A stretch of DNA of 62,877 nucleotides, the filler included, from Octopus bimaculoides (taxonomy: Eukaryota), in NCBI RefSeq assembly GCF_001194135.2. It is 8 parts of 7 records of this genome, joined end to end, with 100 filler letters (N's around TTAATTAATTAA, not from the genome) between each part and the next. Parts side by side here need not be neighbours in the genome. Positions count along the whole stretch, not along the records: positions 9,358 to 29,033 come from NC_068989.1; 7 more parts are not named here. One strand, 5' to 3'. Below, one piece after another: positions 12,601 through 24,583 of the stretch. The notes beneath the pieces were generated by a model. The model saw nothing but the letters and a program-made list of their open reading frames with translations, ran no database searches and had not been told where the DNA came from. A program made the translations under genes and the position numbers. Within the stretch, counting starts at the first letter, position 1. Each line of letters begins with the position of its first letter.

Positions 12601-15600
12601 GTGTCTATTTACTTCTGTCATTTTTGTGTAGATGATCCTTTCTTATGTGTATTTTCAGTGCTATTTACTTTCCCTGTTCCTTTATATATTTTACTTACAT
12701 CTAATTAAATGCAGATTTTTATCCGAGTTTTTTTTTTATTATGGGTAATCTTAATGCATTCATGCTTAAAATGTAGTATCGTCTCCTGAAATATAACACC
12801 CTAGCCCTATATTTTTAAGTACAGGGAAATTCTCATTCAAACAAAATTGGTTACTTGTACGGCTAGCGGTTCGTGTGTGCGAGGTTAGACATTTATTCTA
12901 TAAAAGTATTTCCATTAAGCAATAAATATTTGTTAGAGAAAATTTATTGCATGATGAATTGCCCGAATCTAGGTTCACTACACATATGTTTGAATGTAGT
13001 TTACTTGGAAAAGACTTGTAGATCATTCTGTGAGGTCTCTATGTCTCACGCTTATTGAAATGTTAGAGGTTAATAATTTAATCTTACAGAATGCATCGAT
13101 GTGAGAATATTTTATTGCTCAGTTTAGATTTAATGAATAAAAATAGAGGAAACAGGAATTTGAACTACAGGCATTAAAGATAATTTATCTGTTGCAACAG
13201 TATAATTTTAGTTGTTTTATGCTCAGCAGAGTAATATATCGTGAGTATATCATAACATAACTTTTATTATGCAGTGTATGGTTTTGATAACTGACAACTT
13301 CTATATTTATTGCCGGCTTATATCTTGTAGCATTCATTTATAAATAACACTTAGAAATATATCACTGTTACTATTTCAAATGCAGATAAGTTTTGTATTG
13401 AGCGACAGGGTGCCGACATCTAATAAGAATAACTATGCATATATGTTTTCATCACCTTAATCTTCTCGTTTCATTTGTGTACTGTAGCCACATTTTACTC
13501 CCCTTGGATAAATAAGTACAAGTTAATAAACTACAATGTATTCACCCAGTATACAGTCTAGGTGTCTGTCAATAATTTAAAACGTATCTTAATCACTTTC
13601 ATCACTAAATTATTCTGTATAAGATTAGATTTTCAGCTTTTGTAGAAAACAAATTTGAACATAAAACGGTGAATTTGAACAAGTATAGAGGTAAAGAGGA
13701 CGCGGTTTCGAAACAGAATTGTATTGTTCTGTATCAGTGAATATGTAAAGGTTAAGGAATGAATATAATATTGAAGATCCAGATTCAATTCTATTTTGCA
13801 AATTCATGAATGTGTCTAAGAGGAAAATTGCATTAAAAGCCATGAAATATAAAATTGTATTTTTAATGACTTAAGCCTTAATATCTATGAATGGCAAAAA
13901 TTCATAATTTATGGATAGGGAATTAAAAAGTTTTGCACTGCTCAAAGTGTGTCGGAAACTTTGAGATGCATAGTATTTGCACAGTTATCTCGTGTTGGAA
14001 AGGCTTGAAAAACGTGAGTACGATATAAAATTGATCATCATTGCAAAAACCTTGTCCGGTAAATGTTAGCCTTCCATACATAATGATGTAATATATGTAT
14101 TCCTTTAAATAGTGTAAATCATTAACGAACACAAGTTACTACTTAGTTTGCATTAGAATACTTGCTGCAAAATAAATTTAGCAATGAATTCAGGTTGAGT
14201 TTATTGTATGAAGATTATATGTATAATTCCAAATTTAAGAAAGATTTACCACTTTTAATAACGTATATGCTATTCTCCCTATTTGTATATAGTGTTGAAT
14301 ATACTATGGATGAAGACGTAGACAATATCTTATTTTAAATTGCTTTCTTATTGTAATATCTATGTGTGCATGTGTGCGGGTGTGAGTGAATATGTGTATG
14401 TGTGAGTGTGTGTATCTGTGTGAGTTTATGTATCTGGGCGAGTTTGTGTATCTATATGAGTGTGTCCATACCATTCAAGTAATATCACTATGATTATGAA
14501 AAGTAATACGTACAAACGATTTGTGCTGAAGGTTGGCTTGCTACGTAAAAACCTAAAACTCCAACATGAACAGCAAATAAAAGCAGAGATGTTTTAGCTG
14601 AATAATAAGAATTGGTTATATTAGTTCTTGAATGCAACTAGTGTCAGGTTAGTTTATGACATATATATCTCTTTAATCTTGATGACTGAAAGTACATATA
14701 GAAAGGAAGTAGTAAGTTGATGCAGTAAGCCTTCTTATTCAAAGCAAGCAGTAGCTTGCCGTCTTAATTTTCAACCTCCTTACAGTTAAATTTACAGTAC
14801 TGGTACATCTACACTTATCTCCAATTTCATCAAATACTTTTATGCTACTTGCATAAGTCCAACGATCCATTAGTCTCAAAACCAGTAATTTGTGACTGTG
14901 TACCGTGCCGACGAGAATTATCATCCATTATATTCATTACCCTTTCCATAGATATCAATGTGAAGGGATAAATATAGGAGTGCCTATATTCGAAGTGGGG
15001 ATAGCTACCGTCCTAGAGGCATGCTCTTTAACCATTTCACTGATAAATATAGTTCACAGTATGCTGTGACCATTATCATTGTTACTAAATTAACGCATTA
15101 TTGATTCTATGTTGCCTTCGACATCTAAAACAAAGAATGTTTCTACTAGCCATTGCCTTATCGACCACTATCTACTCAAAATACGCCTGGTTTCTTTTTT
15201 TGTTTCTTATATGCTTGTCACTGGAATTTGTACGGTTCAAAATCGGCCTGCTAATATTTCTCTGCATAACACTATCTCACTATAGAAATATAAGGAACAA
15301 CTGAAATGAATTAAACATCAAGTTTTAAAGCATGCTTTAATTGAATATTTATAAGACATCTTTCTAACGATATTCTACGAATTGAAGGCAATTATTTATT
15401 GCGTTTGCCAGACTGACTTAGAACAAAGGTATTTCCTCTGCACGACTTCAAATTCTCCAGTTATATTATCAATTTATTTTCATGAATATTAACACTCTCT
15501 GTTAAAGAGAGAAAGCCGAATATTTTAAAGGAAGGGTCTCAGTTGGTCACATCAACTCTAAGGCTTATTTTCTTAATTTATTAACTCCGAACTCAGAACT

Positions 15601-17339
15601 GCTAAGTCGTCATCGGTAAAATCTGAACGTAAAGCTCATAAATTAGCATAGATATTAATAAACAATTATTCAATTTAAATTGGGTTAATTACTGAATGTT
15701 CTTATGTGTGTAACACTCTCAAGAAATATGATTCTTAATTTCATAGTCATATAACCTAATGTATTGGCTTCATCTTCAAAAGAATATCATGAATCTAAAT
15801 TAAATTACTAAGTAGACGTTGAAAAGAATAAATTAAATTTTGTATTATATTCAAATATTAATTTAACATTCAAAAGAGCATAGTGTTCATACCAATTTCT
15901 AGGTGTTAATTTTACACTTTACGCTAGGAACAAAGTTAATAATAATGTATGTTTTGCATTCCATGAAGAGGGATTACGATATCCTTATGAATGCTATTTT
16001 GATCAAATTCAGTTTCTGTATAAAACCATTAATGAGTAATTATAAATAACCACAATGAAATTCATTGATAAGAAGTAATATTCTCTTTCATTTTGAATCT
16101 TATACAAGTCACCGTTTTAAAATTGTTTGCGGATAATTATTATATAGAGTTATTAGCAGATAATTAGTATGTTAATAAATTGACCAAAGGAAAGTAAAAC
16201 TTAATATTTCAGTATAAACTAAACATGGGCGTGCCTGTACGTTCGGATGATTTGGTATGTGAATTGAAAACGATATAAGGCTTTTTTTTAAAATTAATTA
16301 TTACGGGCGGATGTAGTATTAGTAGCAAAAGGTAATCTTTATGTCCAGTGGGCAGTTTTGTTCGACCACCACAGTCTTGAAATATCTACGGAAAATCATA
16401 ACCCTAATCTAGCACCAGTATAAAGAAATGCCAAGGAGCGAAATGATAGTATTGAAAATATGTTGTGAAAGTTTTATTGAACATTCGTTTGCATTGAAAA
16501 CCCCGGCTACTCATATTTAAAGAGTCATTTCTTTCATATATATATATATATATACCTAAATACATNNNNNNNNNNNNNNNNNNNNNNNNNNNNNNNNNNN
16601 NNNNNNNNNNNNNNNNNNNNNNNNNNNNNNNNNNNNNNNNNNNNNNNNNNNNNNNNNNNNNNNNNNNNNNNNNNNNNNNNNNNNNNNNNNNNNNNNNNNN
16701 NNNNNNNNNNNNNNNNNNNNNNNNNNNNNNNNNNNNNNNNNNNNNNNNNNNNNNNNNNNNNNNNNNNNNNNNNNNNNNNNNNNNNNNNNNNNNNNNNNNN
16801 NNNNNNNNNNNNNNNNNNNNNNNNNNNNNNNNNNNNNNNNNNNNNNNNNNNNNNNNNNNNNNNNNNNNNNNNNNNNNNNNNNNNNNNNNNNNNNNNNNNN
16901 NNNNNNNNNNNNNNNNNNNNNNNNNNNNNNNNNNNNNNNNNNNNNNNNNNNNNNNNNNNNNNNNNNNNNNNNNNNNNNNNNNNNNNNNNNNNNNNNNNNN
17001 NNNNNNNNNNNNNNNNNNNNNNNNNNNNNNNNNNNNNNNNNNNNNNNNNNNNNNNNNNNNNNNNNNNNNNNNNNNNNNNNNNNNNNNNNNNNNNNNNNNN
17101 NNNNNNNNNNNNNNNNNNNNNNNNNNNNNNNNNNNNNNNNNNNNNNNNNNNNNNNNNNNNNNNNNNNNNNNNNNNNNNNNNNNNNNNNNNNNNNNNNNNN
17201 NNNNNNNNNNNNNNNNNNNNNNNNNNNNNNNNNNNNNNNNNNNNNATATATATATATATATATACACATATATATATATACATATATATGTGTGTGGGGG
17301 GATACATATGTATATACCTGTACCTTGAGGTCCACAGTC

Positions 17340-17467
17340 TTATTTCAGCTTTCAACTACCAACTCCACACACCTTGCTTTCGTTAGCCTGAGGCTATAGT
17401 GGAAACCTCTATCCCAATTTGAAACATTGCTGGGAAGTAAGGTTCTCAAGCAAGCATTCTCCACCGC
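17340..17467 (-). mobile_element. SINE family C, highly degenerate
   Basis: gcctgaggctatagtggaaac...aagcaagcattctccacc resembles the reverse complement of the family C head. Confidence 0.45.
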
Positions 17468-18443
17468 ATATATGCATATTTGGTATCGTTCGTGAAGGTT
17501 TTCTGACGTTAAATATGTATCATATAGGTCGCCTTTTCACAGAGAGAACCATGAAACACAAGTGCTACGTTAATTGCATACATATCTACAAAGAATAACA
17601 CAAAGCATCATCTGACATATTATTGATTTAAGAAATACAATACAAAGCACACACATAATAAATCTTAAAATAATCACTGCTTCGTTTCCTATTTCTTACA
17701 CATACGAATTCAGGAACAAAAAAATGAAGAGAGGAAAATTGTTTGAGGTCATTTTTAAATAAACACCTAATTTTATCTGAGGCTGTGTATCATGTTTCAT
17801 TTCTGAAAACGTCTGCATTATTCACTGTTAATAGCTCAATTAAAACAGAGTAACCTGTTTGACGTTTAGTATACACCTCATTAATCAAAAATAGCATTAT
17901 AATGTCTTATTTGCTTTCCGAATAACGCTTAAAGGTAGAATATATGCGTACGTATAGCAAACTTTCCTGTTCCAATGGTTATGGAAAATTGGTTTCAAAT
18001 TCATAGAAAGAATATTTTAGTGATCCTCTTCGCACTTCCAATCTTTCTCTATCTCTCTCTTACTTCCTCTCCGTGTGTGCGTGTGCCTCTCTTTTTCTCT
18101 CTCTCACTCTCTCTTTATATATATATATATATATATATTTCGTTTATGTGCTTGGCTTACAAGATCCTTTATGTTAACTTGTGAGCTGAAATAAATTTTC
18201 TTGTGTCTTGGGAGAATCACGATGCCTGTAATAATAACACATGGACAAGTTCAATTTCATTTCTTTATTTCACTTCTGTTCTCCATTATTTCTCTTACAC
18301 TCTCCTGATCTCTTAAAAAATATAAATTATTCGAAAGAAATATAATAAAAATTACTATCATTTTTTTTTTATTTAGAACCCTCTTTAAAGAACACAAGGA
18401 AATTAATTAATTTAGAGTAATGTTTCTTTTGTACCAGCCTTAA

Positions 18444-18900
18444 AGTGGAGGCGCAATGGCCCAGTGGTTAGGGCAGCGGACTCGTGGTCATAGGATCGCG
18501 GTTTCGATTCCCAGACCGGGCGTTGTGAGTGTTTATTGAGCGAAAACACCTAAAGCTCCACGAGGCTCCGACAGCGGATAGTGGGGAACCCTACTGTACT
18601 CTTCCACCACAACTTTCTCTCAATCTTACTTCCTGTTTCTGTTGTGCCTGTAATTCAAAGGGTCAGCTTTGTCACACTGTGTCACGCTGAATATCCGCGA
18701 GAACTACGTTAAGGGTACACGTATCTGTGGAGTGCTCAGCCACTNNNNNNNNNNCTGAATATCCGCGAGAACTACGTTAAGGGTACACGTATCTGTGGAG
18801 TGCTCAGCCACTTGCACGTTAATTTCACGAGCAGGCTGTCCCGTTGATCGGATCAACTGGAACCCTCGACGTCGTAAGTGACGGAGTGCCAACAACAACA
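18444..18900 (+). mobile_element. tRNA-derived SINE family B, full length
   Basis: A-box tggcccagtgg, B-box ggtttcgattccc, (AAC) tail, target-site duplication accagc(c/t)ttaa at 18433-18443 and 18901-18911. Confidence 0.92.
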
Positions 18901-18989
18901 ACCAGCTTTAATACATTATAGGAAGCTACAAAATAAAGTTAATTATAGATGTTTAGTTAAAATCTTACCCACAAATATTGCATTTGTAG

Positions 18990-19925
18990 TGACAAGCAGA
19001 CCGTAGAGAAGTATTATAACGAAATCTAGAAGCTAACCTTGAATGAGAATAGTATAGTACAGAACGAAAACGAACATTACAAATCCATCATATTCGTTTA
19101 TTTTAAAGAAGGCAATGAGGCAGCGGCTCCTTGCTGTGAGATACGCGCTGTGAATGGAGAGAATGCTGTTGCGGAACGAATGCATCAGAAATGATAATCA
19201 AGATAATGATCGGGAGATTGTTCGGCTTAAGTTGAACGATGAACTGGCTAGCCAATTGAGATTAACCACCACATCATAGCCAGTTTTATAACCAGGAGAA
19301 TTGATGTTATTCCATAAATATCCACATCGAATTTTGAAATCATCTACATCAACTTGGTTACATCGGCAGGATCGATGTTTGGATCACACATCAATTGAAT
19401 AACGTTATTAACTTAGCCCAATGGAGTTCCGTCAGTAATTTGTTGCAGAAATGTAAAGCAAACGATACATTTTTAAAGTAAATGATGACAAGAACGAAAA
19501 ATAGATCGTCTATAACAAGCTCATGTGTAATTGAACATGGGAGAAACTTCGCGAGCAGCCACAAACACCCTCTTAGGCTGTACTTCACCCGAAGAAGGGT
19601 ATACTTTACAATTTGTAGGACTGGAAATGTGTTGACTTTTACGAGCTTCTCCCCAACAACGGAACCATATATTCAGATCTCTATTGCTATTAACTAGATA
19701 ACTTAAATGCAGATAAACGATGCAGATATCCAGCAGAAGCATCCACATATTGCTGATCGTATGGACAAGACAATACCAGATGTAGACTACTTTTCAGCTG
19801 CGGCAGAAGTTACTGAGATATGTATAAATGTGGTGTAAAAAATTAATGCCATAATTATCGTACCCGGTACATAGAGCAGATAGTATGTTGGTTGCCATGT
19901 GATTCGTATGTTTCGTTCTTGATCT
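18990..19925 (+). mobile_element. mariner transposase pseudogene
   Basis: Degenerate translation YFKEGNEAA...GENAVAER...LHQLGYIGRIDVWITHQL...LHPKKG...DWK...YELLPNNGTI...QDNTR...FRS. Confidence 0.75.
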
Positions 19926-20019
19926 TCTACAGAAAAATGTTTTGTTGTTATGATTTTTACCTGTTATACTCATTTAGACAACTACTGCGAGCAAGACGTC
20001 AGGTCAGGTGTTATTGCAT

Positions 20020-20350
20020 GTGTCCACAACTGCATAAGCATGTTGAAGCCTTTCAGAACTTCAGACTAGCAGCTTATGCCTATAAGAATCTCACCATGCA
20101 GCTTGCATTGAGGGCTCAGCATATGACTATTTCCCAGTTAGATCTGTGATCCGTCAGTGTTGTGCTTCGACTCCCACTCTGTATGATGCCTGCGCGGATT
20201 GGCTGCTTGTCGCGCTATCGCTTTGTGGAACACACTGATTGTTGAAAATAGATTTACCTATCTATATTTTGTTGATGACGCAGTCATTCATGCTGATTCT
20301 CTGGGTGTCTTAAGAATTGCCTTCAATTCACTGAATAAGGAAGCAGGATC
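20020..20350 (+). mobile_element. RTE-clade reverse transcriptase fragment, degenerate
   Basis: YFPVRS-(G)VRQCCASTPTLYDACADWL...FTYLYFVDDAVIHADSLGVLRIAFNSLNKEA resembles RTE motifs GVRQGC and FADD. Confidence 0.65.
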
Positions 20351-20377
20351 TTGTTCATGTAATAATGAAATGTTATG

Positions 20378-20414
<37 letters not shown>

Positions 20415-20748
20415 NNNNNNNNNNNNNNNNNNNNNNNNNNNNNNNNNNNNNNNNNNNNNNNNNNNNNNNNNNNNNNNNNNNNNNNNNNNNNNNNNNNNNN
20501 NNNNNNNNNNNNNNNNNNNNNNNNNNNNNNNNNNNNNNNNNNNNNNNNNNNNNNNNNNNNNNNNNNNNNNNNNNNNNNNNNNNNNNNNNNNNNNNNNNNN
20601 NNNNNNNNNNNNNNNNNNNNNNNNNNNNNNNNNNNNNNNNNNNNNNNNNNNNNNNNNNNNNCATATTGCCAGTTTAGCCAATAAAAACACACGCACTGTA
20701 TATTTGGTGTTAATTTGCTTCAGCTTTACACTACATTAATCCTATTTC

Positions 20749-20793
20749 GGCCAGAGTTCTTTCGTCACACTTCTGTGACCTCATCAGTGGTCC
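20749..20793 (-). ncRNA. minimal type-I hammerhead ribozyme-like motif (left arm)
   Basis: Exact reverse complement of 20890-20934. Confidence 0.6.
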
Positions 20794-20889
20794 TTTGATT
20801 TCTTCTTTCTTATGTGTGTCTCACCTTGCTAACTATCAGCCATTTTATATTTAGCAAGGTGAGATATACATAAGAAAGAAGAAAGCAAA

Positions 20890-20934
20890 GGACCACTGAT
20901 GAGGTCACAGAAGTGTGACGAAAGAACTCTGGCC
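20890..20934 (+). ncRNA. minimal type-I hammerhead ribozyme-like motif (right arm)
   Basis: GGACCA-CUGAUGA-G-GUCACA(GAAG)UGUGAC-GAAA-G(AA)C-UC/UGGCC: core boxes, stem II, 2-bp stem III, CUC site after 20929, stem I CCA/UGG. One extra G at the base of stem II. Confidence 0.6.
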
Positions 20935-21599
20935 GAAATAGGATTAATGTAATATAATGCTGAAGCAAATTAATACCAAATATACAGTACGTGTGTTTTT
21001 ATTGGCTAAACTGGCAATGTGACCATCCTCAAGTACAACAACATCTGTTTCAACACACGATTTCACATCAAAAATCTTGTAAAACAAATATGTAAACGGA
21101 AATATATATATATATATATATATATATAAACATCAAAGTACAAAGGTGCTGCAATAACTTAATTTTTCATGTGATTCTCATAAATTGACTCGATTATGTT
21201 ATCTGCAGAATTCAGAGAAGCAGAGATCAAGAAACTAAATATTTTGTTGTATTTTTTTTTGTTTTTTTAAAACTGAATTGTTTTAATATTCATGGCTCAA
21301 TTTTCCAAAATATTGCAAAACAATTTTCTATACTTGTCTTGACATTTATACATTAAATGTGTGACGATATCAAAAATAAATGCTAAGCGACAATAGAATA
21401 AATGAAATTATGGAAGAAAGAGTCGAAAGACGAGCAAGTGTAAAACAAGGCCAATGTATGGGGAAATTAATATGCTTCGGTATGAACGTGCAGGATTCTA
21501 AAGGTGTCAAGGAAAAGTCAACCGATACGGAAGGAAATCGTGGATAGTGTGCTAACTTCCTGCGACTACAGCTGGAGGGAAAGAGAGCTACATGGAGAA

Positions 21600-21610
21600 A
21601 AGAGAGAGAT

Positions 21611-21680
<70 letters not shown>
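21600..21680. repeat. (GA)n microsatellite
   Basis: Direct reading. Confidence 0.95.
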
Positions 21681-22396
21681 AGCGCTAAGCGCAAGTAATA
21701 TTAACCAAAAAGAGAAGGCAAAATATGAAAGATATATCAACGCAGGGAATGAAATAGAGAAAATATTTCGGTGTGAAGTATCTGGAACATCGACGAAAGT
21801 AAAGAGGACAATGAGAAACCATAAACACACCCAGGAGCTAGTTTTCAGAATTTTTAACAGTGAAGAGTCGTTCTACAGACTTTGTCGATTATGATACGAC
21901 GTCAGAATGAAAATGTTAGAATTGAAGTGAAAAGCTTTTGGGAAATGGGACGAAAATCACTTAGTCCTGAGAGTTTGAGATACAAAATTCAATTTCTTAA
22001 AATGAATTTTACCTACCTTTACTCCGGTCTTATGGTAATAAATTGATAGTAATATAAATTCTAAATGTCTCAAATTAATAAATTTCTGAGAAGATATCAG
22101 AAACTATCATGGTGCTATTCTTCGCTTCATTAGGTGAAAAATACTTCAAAATAGAGAATTGTGTATGAAGAACAGAAAAAGAATCGCTCAATGTGAATAA
22201 AGTGAAGTTTTTTTTACCACAACCCTTACTCTGAGATATAGAAACAAATCAAGAACATGCCGTAGACTCAGAAATTAGAAATTTTCTCGCCGTTCAGTCG
22301 TCACCCAGGTGTCTAGCTCATGAAATATGTACTGCATTTTTTGTTGCTTTAATTCAATACTTTCATCTCCAAAAATGTTTGAATATTTTCTTAGCT

Positions 22397-22757
22397 TTCC
22401 GGGTTGAGTTCCACTGTGTAGAACCTCGAGAAAGTGTCTTCTACTATAGTATCGGGCCGACCGAATTCCTCTGAGTGGATTTGGTAGACGGAAACTCAAA
22501 GAAGATATTCATACATATGTGTGTATGTGTGTATGTGGAAGTGTTTATCTTTTGACCTGCGTTTGTTTTCCCCATCACTACTTAACAACTTGTGTTGGTG
22601 CCTTTAGACTAGATCGGTAAAAGAAATCGATAGAATAAATACATACAGGTTTACAAAGTAAAGTACTGGGATCGAGTCACTCAAACTACAATTCATCATG
22701 GTGGTGTACCAGTATGGCTGCATTCTAATGAATGAAGCAAGTAAAAGATAAAAGATA
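22397..22757 (+). mobile_element. SINE family C
   Basis: ttccgggttgagttccactg...aagtgtcttctactatag...gtggatttggtagacggaaact, internal (TG) tract, tail aagcaagtaaaagataaaag. Confidence 0.8.
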
Positions 22758-24534
22758 GAGATGTTTTACCAATATATTTCCCATTGTGAGATTCTATGGC
22801 GCAAACAGACACAACACTCACAAGAAAGGCGACGTTGCGTTGGAAATAATGTGACCAAGAATGATCACATTATGGTAATAATGATATAAACAGAAGTGGC
22901 TTTATCTTCATCCATGAAACATTTCCGGTCATCAAGTATGATAAGATCCAAATGTACCATCTCAATTTATAAGAAGCAATGTAAGCACAGATCTTCTTAT
23001 TTTTAATCTTGCTTAATTTCATAATGTCAATTTTTACATTTATGTATGTGTGTGTGTCTATGTGTGTGAGAGAATATATGAATGTACGTGTACGTGAAAT
23101 TATTCTTGACAGAATCATATATTTTATTTAAAAATATGATTGTCATTTTTTTTTGTTTTTGTTTCTTTTGCGGTGTTCTACACGTTTATGCTATTTCTTC
23201 TGCTCACAAAGTATTCATCGATTATTCGGACTATTTATGTCCAAAGCGTTTTCAACACAGTTAAACTTCCGTAAACACTCAATTAATTCCATTAATCTTG
23301 TAATGTCTTTAGTTTATGTTTTGTTTTCGAATACATTTCTTTATTTTTGTAGATATTATTGTTGTAGTGTCAGTACAGATTTCAATAGAAGATATTGATA
23401 TTTTCATTTTCAGTTGTTATTTAATAATTTGTTTCTAAACTGTTCCTGATATTAAAATTTGGGATACACACACACAGGAACACGTACACACACACATGAG
23501 TGTACATATATANNNNNNNNNNNNNNNNNNNNNNNNNNNNNNNNNNNNNNNNNNNNNNNNNNNNNNNNNNNNNNNNNNNNNNNNNNNNNNNNNNNNNNNN
23601 NNNNNNNNNNNNNNNNNNNNNNNNNNNNNNNNNNNNNNNNNNNNNNNNNNNNNNNNNNNNNNNNNNNNNNNNNNNNNNNNNNNNNNNNNNNNNNNNNNNN
23701 NNNNNNNNNNNNNNNNNNNNNNNNNNNNNNNATATATATATATATATATATATATATACACTTATTGTATTTGAATAGCATGAATGAAAGCAGGAATCAG
23801 CAAAGCGGAATATCATATTGAAGTTAACTGACAGATGAATGTGTCGATGGAAACTAATCAAACTACTGATTAAATGATTTGATTGAACATAGGAAAATAT
23901 TTATGAGATCAGCAAATCATTTCTCTTTTCTTTGTTGTCTTCGTTCTGTTTCATCATTTCGATTAATGACATTTTAAATTCAATTACTGGAATATATATC
24001 ATATCCTTTAAAGTTGGGTTTCCTGTTTTATACTGTTTTTACATTAATATTATCTTAATTTCTTACGACAATATTTTGGTATCTCATACAGAAAAATACT
24101 GGAACGGATTCCTTAGGAAGTGAAATAATTGCAGATATTACAGTAGACGTTCACCTTGCTGTCTATTGATGTTCAAATCCTACTGATCCAGATTCGACCG
24201 TTCATAAATTTTCGCTCCGAGTTCATGTAGAAGTACTCTAGATATATTGAAATTAATAAGACACTATCAGAATTGAACATTGAGCCGGAATAACATAATG
24301 ATATTTATATCTTGGATATTCCCGTGGCCCTTTGAGTTTGAAAATAAAGTTTACTCATCAGTATTTCACTCTAATATGGTGGTTTTGCCTGGTCTAAACC
24401 GATTTGTTTTAAAAAGAAATCGTCGACTATTTTATTAAAGCTAATATGTAACTGCTAAGTAAGTAGTCTAATCAAGGACAATAAAATGTTACTTATGCAG
24501 TACGGGCCATTGAAATCGTATAAATATTTAGCTA

Positions 24535-24583
24535 AAACCGAGTAATCATTTTAACCGAGTAATCATTTTAACCGAGAAATCAT
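24535..24583. repeat. 17-bp minisatellite, about 3 copies (aaccgagtaatcatttt)
   Basis: Direct reading. Confidence 0.85.

Larger units (their letters stand above)
20662..21021. repeat. long palindrome (about 170-bp arms, 18-nt spacer) with hammerhead-like motifs; Penelope-like origin inferred
   Basis: 20665-20832 is the reverse complement of 20851-21018 with about 8 mismatches. Confidence 0.95.

Noticed and set aside
14739-15304. Short ORFs of 61 and 67 aa in unique sequence
   Set aside because: Lengths expected by chance; no motifs or consistent splice sites.
18447-18520. tRNA-like A/B boxes
   Set aside because: They are SINE heads continuing into SINE bodies, not tRNA genes.
18688-18811. 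57-bp direct repeat inside the family B SINE
   Set aside because: It flanks a 10-N gap and is absent from the copy at 61277; unmerged contig overlap.
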